This document shows positions 38,090-51,300 of a stretch of DNA of 64,000 bases, one piece after another (position 1 is the stretch's first letter; each line of letters starts with the position of its first letter). The stretch spans positions 4,944,793 through 5,008,792 of the forward strand of contig MU058423.1 of assembly GCA_013265495.1 (NCBI GenBank), read 5' to 3'. This stretch comes from Vicugna vicugna. Lineage: Eukaryota. Below the pieces are notes generated by a model. That model had not been told where the DNA came from. It did not search any database and was given only the letters and a program-made list of their open reading frames with translations. Made by a program: the position numbers and the translations under genes.

Positions 38090-38870
38090 CTTGTGCCCAC
38101 CAGAGCTGCCACACTGGCTTGGTTTCTGTTTCCTGGGCATTTGCACTTGTTTTTTGTCTCCCAGGAACCCCTGCCCCCCAGATTCTCACATGGATTAGTC
38201 CTTGTCACTATCCACACAGATGTTATCACCTCAGATTGTCCTTCCCTGTCCCTGCTTCTCTTCTTTCACTCCGTCACGTGATCCTGTTTTATTTTCTTCA
38301 TAGAGATTACAACTATCTGAAAAAACAGCTTAGTTATTCCTATAGCTACTAATGAACATTTGTTGAATGGATGATTGCTGACTATTATGTGAATTTTGGG
38401 GTCATCTTACAAGAATAATGATTAAAACAGGATGCTGCAATTATCCACCCAATGCTCTTTTACTTGTTTTCTCTGTCTCCTTCACGGGATTTAAAATTTT
38501 GTGAGAACAAAAACTTTAATTTGTCTTATTCATATAAGTCATATATCCTCAGAGGTCACAAGAACTTTAAAAATTGAATAAATGAATGAAACTTAGTCCA
38601 GATCAATGTTCCAAATATTGAATTGCTCCTCACCATGGTTAAATCACCATAATAGCAGAATTCACCTCATTGAGTTGCAGTAAACCTTTATTTAATTGAT
38701 AAGTAAGTTTTATTGAATACATACTATATCAGAAAAATAGTGCTGGGGCTTTAGAACCGAACAGGACACAATCCTTGCCGTCAAAACTCCATAGTGTAGT
38801 GTAATAATATATGTAAAGTACCTTGGATAATCAGGCATTTAGTAGGTATCAATATATGATAGTTTCCATT
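38090..38870. mobile_element. Cluster of L2 and MIR fragments
   Basis: L2: CACACTGGCTTGGTTTCTGTTTCCTGGGCATTTGCACTTG...AACATTTGTTGAATGGATGA; GAATAAATGAATGAA; TTTATTGAATACATACTATATCAG. A MIR-like piece follows (ATATATGTAAAGTACCTT). Confidence 0.65.
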
Positions 38871-39149
38871 TCCCCATTCAAATGTGACACCATCCACTTG
38901 CAATGTCTATGGGGCTATTAAAAAGATACAATGAACAAATTGGTTGGTGGTTATTGTTTATTTATTCATATTCACTCAAGTTTGGTATTAGCCTGGGCAT
39001 AAGCTGTCTGCCTGCATGATACACGCTTGCATATATAGTGGCCCAGAAGAAATGTTAGAGGTCTCACTGAATCTGGCATCAGAGAGAATACCAGCCAGGT
39101 TCTCATACAGGGGATCACACTCCTGAGGCTGTTTTATTTTTTTTCCTCA

Positions 39150-39640
39150 TAAATCTCTTGATAAAATATATAGACCTGGGTAAGAAATAATGCAAATTGA
39201 GAGTAGCCCTGAGGATGAAGGCAAGAGAAAGGGTTGCTTTGAGATACATTTAGAAGGAGGAGAAAGAGTACTGGGTAGAATGTGATAAAATAAAGTAGAA
39301 GAAGAATCAAGAGTGAAACTTTTATTTCTGATGTAGGCACGAAAGTGGTTAGTAGTACCACTCACTGCAGGAAGAAACATGATAAAGACCAATGCTGCGT
39401 GGGAGAAAGGATGAGCTCACTCAGAGGAATCTAAGTAGAACAAAAAGAAAGGGAAAAAAATAATATTTTGATTGACACCATCAGTTAAGGAATGCCTAGA
39501 ATAAGAGTAGCCCCAGGTCTCAAAAATAAAAGATTGGCTGAGAAGTGTTTAAAGAGTTGGAAGGCAAATCAAGGAAAAGTGGTGTCTTGAAAGACAAAGG
39601 AAGAGAATGTTTCAAGACAAGTTGAGTGTTCCCAGTATAA
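39150..39640 (-). mobile_element. L2 fragment
   Basis: Purine-rich TTTGAGATACATTTAGAAGG...GTGGTGTCTTGAAAGACAAAGGAAGAGAATGTTTCAAGA. Confidence 0.6.
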
Positions 39641-41109
39641 CACAGCACTGATATTTTATAAAGAGTTGGATAGCCACTGAAATTGCTCATTCTAACTGAT
39701 ATATTTATAAATATTCAATCCAATAGCCACCTGTCGACACGTATTTTTCAGTTTGTATCCTGTTTTCACTGAGATTTTAAAAGATGGTTAAGACAAAATG
39801 GAAAGTCTTTTAAGTAAACCGAGATGATCAATTGCATAATCCTTTCACACATTTCAAGTGGCTTGAGAACTGTGTAAGTTTGGGACCGGAGGTCACGTAG
39901 TAGGGAGGTGAAGAATGAATCAGCGAGACAAATCAGAGAATGGAGGGAGGCAGGGCGAGACTTCCAGAAGATTTAGTCAGTCAAGGAGAACAATCACAAC
40001 AGACTGAAAGAGGCCATGCTTGTTTTGCTTTTGTTTTTGTGGGTTTTTTTTTCTCTCTTCTTAACTGAGCTCACAGAGATTTGAGACGTGGACTTACCCA
40101 TGGCTTTTAATGGAGACTTGGGGAAGGGAGGTGGCATCTCTCATTGGAAACTAACATTTAAAGTTGGAAAATGCTCAGGCTGGTTCAGGTTCATGGACTG
40201 TCAGTAGACGTATTGTTGACAGTATGTTCTTGGATATTATTTTGGGGGAAATACACGTATTGGTAAGGGGGCACTGTGCCGGCCTCTTCCTCTGTATCAA
40301 ATACTTTTTTGGATTCATGGTAAAAATGCCAAGCAAGCTTATTCTTTCATACAATTGATTTTTGCTTCAGGAATATTGCTTGGGTGCACAGATAAATCCC
40401 TCATCAAAATAAATGTGTTTTAGGAATCTTAATTTCAGTGGTAAAATTATGCATCTGTCTACTAATGTGTATAAGCAGTTGAGTGGCCTAGAAAGTCAGA
40501 ATTTAGGTCCAGGTCTTACAGCTTTTTCAATGATTAGCTACTTTTCTTCAAAAAAATTAATAAAATTCAACGGAGATGAGAGTTTGTTGCTGAGCTGGCT
40601 GAATATTCTGCCACACAGTTTACAGCCCTGAGGATTTTGATCTCTTTCAATGCAGTTTGTCGAGCTCTTGGACCCGTTTTTTTTACCTACTTTCAGGCCA
40701 GCTTAAGACTTAAATGTTAACAAAGTAAGATTCCATTCTGGTAAAAGTTTGAAGAGCCAGCAGGTGTTTTTTGTGTCCCCCCCCACCCCGCTTTATGACA
40801 CATATGCAAACACTATAGACAAAGCTTGCTCTGATAGCCTGGATCCCGAAGCTGTAATGATGTGAAATAGCACGGCCTTCCAGCAAGACACGCACAACAT
40901 GTGAGCAATGTGCCTTCCTCCCCCTCTCTCTTCCCCTCCCCCTTCCTTCTCCTCCTTCTTCTTCAGTTGAAGGATTACCTAGCCTATGAATTTAGGATTG
41001 CAATAATCTAAAAATTCCATAGCTTCTTAATTAATACTTTAGTTGTGGCTAATAATTATAAGTTATTTTTCTCTAGACATTTCTCTGTGCTAATTTTTTT
41101 TCTGATCCA

Positions 41110-41283
41110 ATCGTCCCAACAACCCAATGAGACAGGTACCATTATTTAAGTTCATTTTACAGGCAAGTGAACTGAGGCTTACAAAGTATTGGCCAGACTC
41201 ATATAGTTAAAACAAGATGGAAATAGACATCAAATCCAAATATCCGTAACTCCAGAGCCTCATTTTCTAACCACTGCTCTATG
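41110..41283 (-). mobile_element. MIR SINE
   Basis: CCCAACAACCCAATGAGACAGGTACCATTATT...CATTTTACAGGCAAGTGAACTGAGGCTT...AACTCCAGAGCCTCATTTTCTAACCACTG. Confidence 0.85.
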
Positions 41284-42012
41284 TGGCATTTCCTGGATGA
41301 AGCATTTATAATCTTTGACCTAATAAAATTTAAGTTTTACTTTTCTTTCCCCATATTTAATGAAGATTTCATGGAATTAAAATTCTTCAGAACTTAGCAA
41401 TTTAAATACTTCACATTGGGTAAAATTATCTATTTTTCAGAACCTGCATACATGCAATGGGACTTGTGGTACTTCCTCTATCTTTTAAAACAATAATTTC
41501 TAAGATATATTTTCCATTTTCATGTTTCTCGTTATCTACATTTCAACTTTGCTGAGAATCTTAGAAGAAACCTGATAGACAAAGCTAACGAATAATGATT
41601 AACAAGAAAACAGTGACATGTTTTGGCAACGAAAAAAAAAAACAAAGAAGGAAAAAAGGAAGAAAGGAAGTTACTTAGACAAAGCAATCAGTTAAAAATA
41701 ATATTTATTATGTATGCAACAAATAATGTTGCAAAGAGCCAGGGACCAACACCACTTAATGGCGTGGAAATGCTACAAAGATAACAGCCCACATAACAGT
41801 GGTAAAGAATCTAACAAAATGGAAAAGAAAAGCTGGATAAAGAGCAAGTCATTGCGGTGTTGGGAAAATATGACAGGGAGAGGAAGGCAAAATAGTCTTC
41901 TTTCCTTCTAGTCTGTTCCTGGGGCCTCTGTTGATGGAAGAAGTTGAAGGATTAGAATGAAAGCAGGCTTATGTTCAGGACACTGGGCAGCCTCCTTAGG
42001 ACTGTAGGTTCA

Positions 42013-42262
42013 TGTTGGGGATTAACAGACACACACTACTGTAAATAAAACAGATAAACAAGGACCTACTGTATAGGACAGGGAACTATATTCAATATTT
42101 TATAATAACATATAATGGCAAAGAATCTGAAAAGAAAAAAATATATATGTAAATGTATAACTGAATCATCTTGCTGTACACCTGAAACTATCACTGTAAA
42201 TCAACTACATTTCAATAAAAAGAAAAAGAAAAGAAAAAAAAAAGAAGAGAGAAGGAAAAAAA
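42013..42262 (+). mobile_element. Short L1 3' end (cetartiodactyl type) with polyA tail
   Basis: AGATAAACAAGGACCTACTGTATAGGACAGGGAACTATATTCAATA...AACTGAATCATCTTGCTGTACACCTGAAACTA...TCAATAAAAAGAAAAAGAAAAG. Confidence 0.9.
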
Positions 42263-43039
42263 CCCAAACCCTTGTGGACCATGGAGGCAGGTGCACATGA
42301 GAGCTTTTGTAAAAGGTGGTCTTTGGGAACTAATGAATTAAAAATCCCCAATGTGATGTTGGCCAGGGACCATGGAGGCTGGGGATTTTATTACTTTGTC
42401 CATTAATTTTGTCATTAAAGAGAAAAAAAATGTTACAGATAGATGCACTCAGGTAATGCCTTAAGTGCAGCCCTTTACAAAAGATGACGGCGGCCTTTTC
42501 ACTTGCTTACAGTGAGATTCAGTGATGATCTTTAAGGTTGAATTGTTAGAAGCCTCTCCATGTGGAAATTTTAAAAAGTATAATAGTTAGCCTTGTTATG
42601 AAAGAAATAGTATTCATTTATTTTATGCTTTAATTTTTTTCTTTTATTAAATATTATAAGCCTAAAAGGAATCATTTTTCAATGACTTCTAAAAATTTCC
42701 TTTAGAAAATGTTTCTTTTATGTCTTTCATCATAAGACTTTTGACATAAAGAAAGCCATCAGTGGCTTTTTTTCCCACAGCAAACACTTCTTTTAGCCGA
42801 AACCTTAAATTGGCAAGAACGTTCTACTTTCCTCTTTCCGATTATTCATGTTAAGGCAGGTGCAAAAAACAAGCATGCATTTCTTTTCTAATCCGTTTTA
42901 TTTCCATTGCACTTCAGTACTTCCAGTTTAATATCAAATAAACTACTTTCTTAGAAAATGACTTCTGAGACTCCTTACCTAGATTTGTTTTCAGTATACA
43001 CTGGATCTATGTAGGAGACGATCAAAAGATGCTTTGCTT

Positions 43040-43205
43040 CCTTGTTTGAACTTCAGTTTTCTCTTCCACAAAATGAGGATAAGAATATCATCTACCGAGT
43101 AAGACAGCTATGGACATTTCTATGGTCCTCCGTAGAAAGTACTCTGCATGGTACATGACACACCATGAATGTCAGATGCACGTTATAATAATGGTACTAT
43201 TATTC
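43040..43205 (+). mobile_element. MIR fragment
   Basis: GAACTTCAGTTTTCTCTTCCACAAAATGAGGATAAGAATATCATCTACC. Confidence 0.7.
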
Positions 43206-44776
43206 TTCCTCTAAGTGATGCATAGTCCACTCTCCCTCTCTCTTATCCTTTTCAAGACTGTTATAATATACTAATATGGCCTTCACCATAGCTTGTGCTG
43301 TATTATGGTACAGCATTACTGTGTCTAGTAGCCTGCTTTCCAGCAAATGCTACAGTACAGCGAATCCTCATAGACCTGAGATTTCCCTGAGCTGAATTCA
43401 TAAACACAGTTCAGATCATTACTTTAGTGCTTTCCTATGTTCCCAAATCCTTGTTCTGCAAGTTTCAACGGAATCAGAGTGGAGAGTTTTGTTTCATGAA
43501 ATCAGAACAGAAGACTTCCTAAAGTAACTATTGAGATATATTGCAAATGAAAGATGCCAAAGAGGGAAGAATGTTTTACAAAATGATTATTTGAAAATGT
43601 AAATGATTTGTGAGATATTATATATGTTGATAAAATATGACATATAGTGGAGGTAAAAAGAAGTCTGCAATGACTTTAAAGTAACACAATGGCCTGAAGG
43701 AGTTTATATTATTTCCAAAGTGCTAATGTTCCCTGGTCATCATTCCTTATTCAATGAAGAAAGTGCTAAAAAAGAAAAAAAAAAGCCAATGATACAACTG
43801 GTAAACCAAAACTCTCTTTCTCTCCAAAGACAGTGTTTAGGAGATATTTTAAATGAGCTCCACTGTATTTATTCTCATAAGCTGGAGTGGAAGGATATTG
43901 TGATGAAATATAGCCCCACAAGAAAACTATGCCCCCAGCACTGTTGGCTCGCAACCAAGTGCCCACAATGGCAGCCTTAAAGTATCCATCTCATCTATTA
44001 CTTGGCTACACATTTATAACATATTACCCTCATAAAGCTCAAAGAAATAAAATACATCTCAGCTTTGCACTGTGGAAACCTCAACACTGGCATTAAGGCC
44101 TCGAGTTTGAATTTAATGTCTCTTCTGGATGTCTGAACGGGGCTGGCCAGTGCTGTTTTTATGAGAGTGAACCAGAGCGTTCCCTTTCATAGTGGAAATG
44201 CAGGACAGAAGCCTCACCTCTTAAGATGCACAGGTAAATGTGCAGGTATGTGTGCATGGAGCTGTGGTTTCTTGTCAGCCTGATATTTTATTACATTATC
44301 TTTACTTGTTTCTTTCTGAATTGTCATTGTTGTTGTTAAGCCTTGAGAAATGGTTAGCTTTGCAAATCCCCGCCAAACTCTTGCTGATGAATGCTATCCT
44401 GGTTTAAATATGTTCATTTTATTGACTGCTGACATTAAAGAATAAATGCTAACATGCCAGAATGTGACATGTTAGATGCTCCTAAAATCATGTTTTTGGT
44501 TTTTTCTTTTTTTTCCCACAGGGTCTGATAGATTTTCTAAGTTTCGGTCATAAAGGTATCAATTTTATCATTATTACAAAAAGTCTGAAAAATACATATC
44601 TGTTTATTTCTAGGTGACATGTTTCTATACACTTTTCTAGAGAAAAAGAATTATTGGAAAATCAATGGCAGTATGAGAGAGAAATTATGAAGTATTTCAG
44701 GGAGCATTTCTGTTTACCAATGGAATATTGGTTATTCATGCTGTAGCATCTTTGTATACTACATCTGTATTCCACT

Positions 44777-45058
44777 TATTACGTGTTGAGAAATGTGCCT
44801 CCCCAAATTTGTATGTTGAAGTTCAAACCCCCGGTACCTAAGAATGTATCCTTATTTGGATTCTTCCACAAACCAAGAAATGCCAAAGATCCTAGCAGAT
44901 TAGCTCCAGGAGGGACGTGGAGCAGAGTCTTCCTCTCAGCCCCCAGAAAGTGCTACACCTTGGACTTCCAGCCTCTAGAACACTGAAACAATAAATTTCT
45001 CTTGTTTAAGCCACTCAGTTTGTGGCACTTTGTTACAGCAGCCTGGCAAAGTAACACA
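44777..45058 (+). mobile_element. MLT1B/C-type MaLR LTR with internal deletion
   Basis: CCCCAAATTTGTATGTTGAAGTTCAAACCCCCGGTACCTAAGAATGT...TTGGACTTCCAGCCTCTAGAAC...AATAAATTTCTCTTGTTTAAGCCACTCAGTTTGTGGCACTTTGTTACAGCAGCC...AACACA. Confidence 0.9.
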
Positions 45059-45329
45059 CTGCCCACTCGGTACGCACTGGTAGAGCCGTAATCACTTACA
45101 GCAGGCAAGTGTTCACAATAGTCCATCACTGATTCTGCCTGATGGGTGCCCCGCTTTACCAGGTATCAAATTTGGGAATACCATCCCTGTTATTTCTCTC
45201 TTGGAAACAATCTTCACGCGAGATACAAGACTACACTTCAGCCCAGATGCTTTCCTTCAGTTTCCAAAATGAAAATAAAGGCATTAGAGTGAACAGCCTT
45301 TAAGCTGCCATGGAATTCTGAAATTCTCT

Positions 45330-45500
45330 GAACGTTATAATTCCAGGAGTGGAAAGAGCTAGTATTTCCATGTTGCAGGTAAGAAAAACTGAGACCCAAA
45401 GCTGTTGAGATAGATTAAGGACATGTGGCCTGGAAATGTCAGAAGAGGAATTCAATTTAAGACATATGACTCCAGGGGTTTTTCCATTTGCCACTGTGTC
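45330..45500 (-). mobile_element. MIR fragment
   Basis: ATGTTGCAGGTAAGAAAACTGAGACCCAAAG...GAATTCAATTTAAGACATATGACTCCAG. Confidence 0.65.
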
Positions 45501-48379
45501 CCCCAAATGGTGGCTTGTCGTACAAACATTGACTATGTAGTAAAACATAACAAGGATACAAAGTAAAGCCTGTCAAGTGGGTTTATTAGTTGCTGTCAAG
45601 AAAGCGTTATTTTGTTTTTATTAAAGGGCAGGTGTTTCCCAAATACCCTGTAATCTTAGGCTTTAATATAATGTTGCTGCATGATGGATACCCTTGAACA
45701 AAAGGAGTTGCTCAAGCAGAGCCAGCTGAGAATCAGCAAACTGTACTTAAGGATTACATCTATGGCTGTAAATAGATTTTCAGAGTTCACATTTTATTTG
45801 TGTGTTTTTATAGCAATCAATAGGAAGCCATCTACAGCACTTAGGTGCTCCCGTGCTGATTACTGCGACAGCTACCGAGTCACGGCTAGGAAATTCAGTG
45901 TGTTCGCAGGTTCTGTCGGCTAGCTAAACACAGCACCTGAACAGAATAGGAAACAACTACAGGAGAGGGTTCGCATAAATCAAAAAACGTGAGTCTAGTT
46001 GAGTAGAGAATGAAAGGTGGTAGAGACAGTTCCTAAACTTTTTTTTTAGAAGTGGGACTCTCCAATGATACTAATATAAATATAATGTCAAAAATATACA
46101 TTAACAATCATTCCAGATCTTTTCATTGTCCTACATTCCGCAAGATCAAGAACAAATTATTGCAGAGGCGTTTTCCCCTCGCCGGTGGTTGTCGTGGACC
46201 CCCACTGCTCTGCCACTGTGATTTTGGTTTGGTAGTTTCTGTGCTTTTGACCACGGAAAGAGTAGTGGTGGCTCATCACATTCTCACATGCCACTCTCCG
46301 TAAGAGAAAGGCCGTGAGAGTTAATTAGTCCATTTCCTTAGTATCAAGAAATTTGTGTTTATTGGGAGAAATCAAATTCCATATAAGACCTCTCCAGTTT
46401 ACATCTTCAAATCCTGGGGGGAAAAAAAAAGGACTCAGAGATTGCTATTTTCTTGACTAGAATTTTAGGGAGATTTCTCTAAGATGGTTAGAATCTAAAG
46501 CACAAAGATATTTGTATTTCAAATCAATGCCTTGGAACCACGTACAGGCAACCTTAGCACGTTTATCCCATCAGGTGCTATCAGCTACACCTAAGTGAAA
46601 AAACAGCTCCCCCTGGAGATTCACATTCACATTCACTTTGGAGTGGTCTTCAAAGGACGCTTCCCAGGGACGAATGCTACAGCGCAATTAATGTGGAAAA
46701 AGTAAAGAAAAATTGTGACATCATCAAAAAACAGTAGAGATAATTTAAAAATGGATTTTAAATTGATCAAGAAAAATGAAAATTAAAGAGATCAGAGAAA
46801 AACTGAAACTTACACAAATATAATTACATGCTTGCAGGCTTGTGTTAAAGTTTATCTGAAAAAAAATCCTAAAAATTATGATGAAAACATTGGCATATTT
46901 AGGATTTTAAAAAATAAATTGAGAGATTTAGAAGAAAAATATGCTGTGGTGTTTACACCTGCATATTGCTTATCTGAAGCATGAGATTCTATTGTCTGTG
47001 GAGAATAGTAAGGTGGGGGAGTGTAACTGTAATTTTTTTAAAGTCATACAGCAGGCAGGTAGGTGGGTGATTTAACTTGATACAGTTATTTAAACATATG
47101 GAGACACGGGTGCTTTATAATTCAAAATTAATTATCAGAAAAAACACCCTTTTAAACATGATTTAATTCATGATTTTCTGATTCTTTGATAGAAATATAT
47201 ACATCTTTTTTTTTTACTTTTGTTTTTGGAAAAAGGGAGGTAATTTAGGTATGGAAAATAATTCAAAGTGTAAAACTAATGGGAGAAATAGATCATTTAC
47301 TTTCTATGAAGAACAAATGGAGGATATTAAAATACCTTTCATGTAATTTTATCTTCCATTAATTGTGTCTTTATAAATTTTATTTCTATTTAAATTTTCT
47401 ATAATTAAATTGAGTACAATGCATATGTCAATATGCAGTCATGTTAAATTATTGAGTGCCTTACTAGTATGATTTATTTGTTATAATCTTTATTATTATT
47501 TTGTATATATTTATATATAGATTTAGGAAACACTGGTCAAAAGCAAAGCTGTAGAAAAATTTAGAATTAAAAATGTATTTGTATGTATAAAATATCATAT
47601 TATGACATTTTACAAATTATATCTCCCTTGGTAATTTTTAAAGAAGAGTTATAAGCTGAATTTCAATGGATTTTTTAAACCTTGGCTATTAGGTACTAAA
47701 ATCCCAATTCATTGTGGGTTTTGAATTTCAACAAACCTCAAGGAAAAAAAAAGTTTCATCAGCAAAATTATTGCTTCTTAAGGCAATATTTAATTATTAA
47801 TCTTACAAGGTTTCTATTTTGGCTTCTTTAGCTGCCTTAGTAAAGAAAATAAGAGAGGATACAATAATACTGCAGAGAAAATGCATACACTGGATTAAAA
47901 GGGGAAAAAAAAAAGCCAGGTTGGCATTTTAAAATATGTTGGTCTTTGGGAAACTCCGAACTCTCTTTGAATCAGTACTTTTTAACCAAAGCCTGAAGTA
48001 AGAAGTTCTTTTTTGTCATTTGCAAAATAATGCCGTGAATTATTGCCGTTAAAAAGAGTTTGCTTCTGATGTGGAACTAAAAATTAGCAGAGACTCTTGA
48101 ATGAATTTTCTGGAATGTTTAGATTGTCCTGAAACCCAGAAGCATTCTAGGTAGTACTTCAAAATGCTTAGATGTTAATTTTTAAAGTTATCGTTTTGTC
48201 TATTAAAATAGTAAAGAAGTCTATTGGTTAACGTTTTTATATGTTGTAACTGTAATTGAATTTGAGGCCTTAATGGTTTGGAATTCCATTTATATAACAT
48301 TTATTATTATAACAAAAGTGTGCAGAATAAATAGCACATGGGCTATACTGCTAAGAAACAATGATGATTTGAGGAACTC

Positions 48380-48575
48380 TTAACAATAGTAATGTCAGTA
48401 ACCATAAAAGTGACAGCAGTTTCTATTTTTTGAGTGCTTAATCTGTGCCTTGTCCTACGCTTAGCAGGTAATAAACACAATCCCACTTTCCCCTCATAAC
48501 AAATCCCTGACCTGTTTACCACCATGTCATCGTTCTGCGATACACTGGAGCAGGAGACTCCCCAAGGTCACACAA
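48380..48575 (-). mobile_element. MIR fragment
   Basis: TATTTTTGAGTGCTTAATCTGTGCC...CCCTCATAACAAATCCCTGA...CCCAAGGTCACACA. Confidence 0.6.
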
Positions 48576-50345
48576 AATTAAAAGATCTCTTCCCTTGCAC
48601 CTGTGTTTTTGAAATTTTTAGAACCCAAATATTGAGAAATGTGGTACATCTGCAATTGAATCATCTGTTTGAATTCAGAATCTGAATTCAGAATTACTAT
48701 CCTTTATGATCTCATACATTATTAAAAAAAATTATCCTATTCGACTTGGCCTTTGAGGGTCGTATTGAAAAGGTATCAAAAATTTACCAAGGCCTATTTC
48801 AAGTCACTCTCTGGGTGGAGAGGTATACACACTTCAGGAAACTCAGTTGTCTTTGTTTTGGTGATACAACTGTAAACAGTCCTTCCGTGGAAACGCTTCA
48901 AGGATCTGAATCTTGATTTGCCTTGAGAGCATGGGTATGTGGCTGGCTGACAGGAGATATGGCTGTACTAACCCCCCGCTGTTAAAGGTGGGATGTGGAA
49001 CACGAGCTTCTTGAGAAAACCGTTACAGGCTCTGCTTTTTACCATTAAAAACCTTCATTTATTTCACAAACTTTCCTTCTTTTAGTTTCACGGATCTAGG
49101 AAAAATTACTGACACTCTGTCCACAGGGATAACAAACAGCCCTTGAGTAATTCTATAGTTACCACTGGTCAGATTTTATCATCATCATCATCAAGTCAGA
49201 CAAGCTGTTTCTTCTCATTCTTAAAGCAGGCACTGTTATCTGACGGAGAGAAAACTGAGATTAAAGACACTGAGATCCACTCTCAGTTTCTTCTCTCTTT
49301 TTATGGCACTTCATTGCCTCAGGACACCTCTGTGAGGCACTTAATGTGAGATTTCATCCTGTTTCTGAAATTCCAATGTAAATTTAGCCCAAACTGCAGC
49401 ATCTCGTGACATCATGAAATAACTGATCAGGCATGTTAATTGATCTCCCCAAAACTATATGATTCTCTAATCATATTTGAAGTGGCTGATTTACAAATAT
49501 AAACATATTTTAAAGCCCAGACAGTTATTTGATCTGATCCTGACTGGGATCTAGTTTTTTTTTTTTTTTTGGTGTGCAAAAATATACAGTTTGTTTGATT
49601 TGGTTTAAGTGTTCAAAGAACATTAAATTGAAGGTGACATTGTCTGGGACATTTTCCTCTTGCCACAGAGAGAGTATACAATGAGGGCAGAGAGGACTTT
49701 ATACAACAGCAGTAATTTTTATCTGGTTTAATACCCCCTGCATTCAAACAAAGAAACAAGTAGCACTTTGAGTGCATTAGAAGACACATCCCCATAGACG
49801 AGGATAAAAATGTAAAAAATCTTTCCATTCGCACTTGCATTTGGAATTATTTGGCATCAGAATATTGAGACAAATGAGAAAGACATTAACTTTGGAATAT
49901 GGTCCCTACTCTGCCCTTGATTTTCATATTCAACACTCCTTTTTAAAGGTCCCATAAGAGACCATTTCCATATTATTTCTCTTTCTGCTAAACTTGATAG
50001 TCAACTATGACTATTTGAAGTCTGATCTTCAAATATAAGAACCCAACCTGGAATTTCAAACACAATTGTGTAATAATCTTTGGGCAGAAGAGAATGCAAC
50101 AAACTTCCACTGAATTGAAACACCTGCTCTACAGATACCCTATGGAGGACAAGACATACACATGTGGGCGATTCAACAAATTTAACAAGACCTAATGAGC
50201 CTTGAAACTGTAGTTTAATTCTTAATTTCTGTGAAGTAGATTTAGTAATGACTGATAAGGATCATCATCTTACACACTTAGAGAGTCATTAACAGGGAAG
50301 TGGAAACACCTGTCCTTTTATGTAAGGCGCTCAGTTCACTTTATC

Positions 50346-50406
50346 CAAGATTTGAAGCTTCTGTCCCTTATACAAGATTTGAAGCTTCTGTCCCTTATAC
50401 AAGATT
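50346..50406. repeat. 27-bp tandem duplication (about 2.3 copies)
   Basis: CAAGATTTGAAGCTTCTGTCCCTTATA at 50346 and 50373, then CAAGATT. Confidence 0.95.
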
Positions 50407-51039
50407 ATAAAATAATCTTGAAAAACAAACTTCCATGTTTACACGATACAGCATGATGGTCTTTAAAATCAAATTCCACGGCTACAAGGTTAAGGCTAAC
50501 AAATGCTTTATAAGTTGTACCACCGGGGAAGAGCAGGTCTGGTTCGATCTCTATACCCTTGAATTACCTGCATGCAAGACAGTAGTTACAGAGGTTATGT
50601 TTGCTCTGTACAGTTGAATTCCAGAAGAGACCATTTTCTTGCAATGAGTTTCCTTTGTTAATATCACACTGCAATCTCCGTACATTCTTTCTTGGTAATT
50701 TTGTTTAAGTGTTAGAGTTTTTTTTTTGTTGTTGTTTTTAAACAAAGACACTGGTCATATTCAGCACTAATTAAGACCATGACTAGATAAGTTGGAGATC
50801 AAGCAAAAGACCTTACTACTGAAATACTTGAGTATTTATTAATAAAGTACAAGAATAATGTTATAATACTCATTCGTCTTCATATCATGACTTCTCATTT
50901 CCATGAAGATACTTCATGAAAATACTAGCTGATAAAAATATTTGTATGTCCTACTCTCTCTAGTACATTTTCATAAATGAGCTCAAATAAATGAAGCGTC
51001 CAGGGATGCTCGGAAGGAGAAAATTTGTCACGAAACCCA

Positions 51040-51300
51040 AGAGGCAGTGTATAGTATTGGAAAGGGACAGAGCTTCAAAATTCAAGCCCTGCTTCTTCTG
51101 CTTAATAGTCCAGTGACGCCGCTCGAATAGCAGGTGGCAGGAAAGAGTTACTAACCTCTCCAATGTTTAATTTCTCTGTGACTCAGCTTCTTCATCTATA
51201 AATAATGATTTGTTCAGCCCTGTGTTTCCTTGAGGGAGAAAAATGAGCAAAATATTTGAACGTATTTTGTCAATGGTTATATTTAGGTGGGTTACTATTA
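51040..51300 (+). mobile_element. MIR SINE
   Basis: GAGGCAGTGTATAGTATTGGAAAG...AGTTACTAACCTCTC...CTCAGCTTCTTCATCTATAAA. Confidence 0.7.

Noticed and set aside
50032..50056. Short hairpins (TATTTGAAG-N6-CTTCAAATA; similar ones at ~165, 11690, 25465, 48670) as miRNA or terminators
   Set aside because: Stems of 7-10 bp are expected by chance in 64 kb of AT-rich DNA and are too short for a pre-miRNA.
50445..50558. Minus-strand frame GIEIEPDLLFPGGTTYKAFVSLNLVAVEFDFKDHH as a coding exon
   Set aside because: Protein-like by eye, but the splice signals are weak, I recognise no homologue and found no partner exons. A tBLASTx/PhyloCSF test would be needed.
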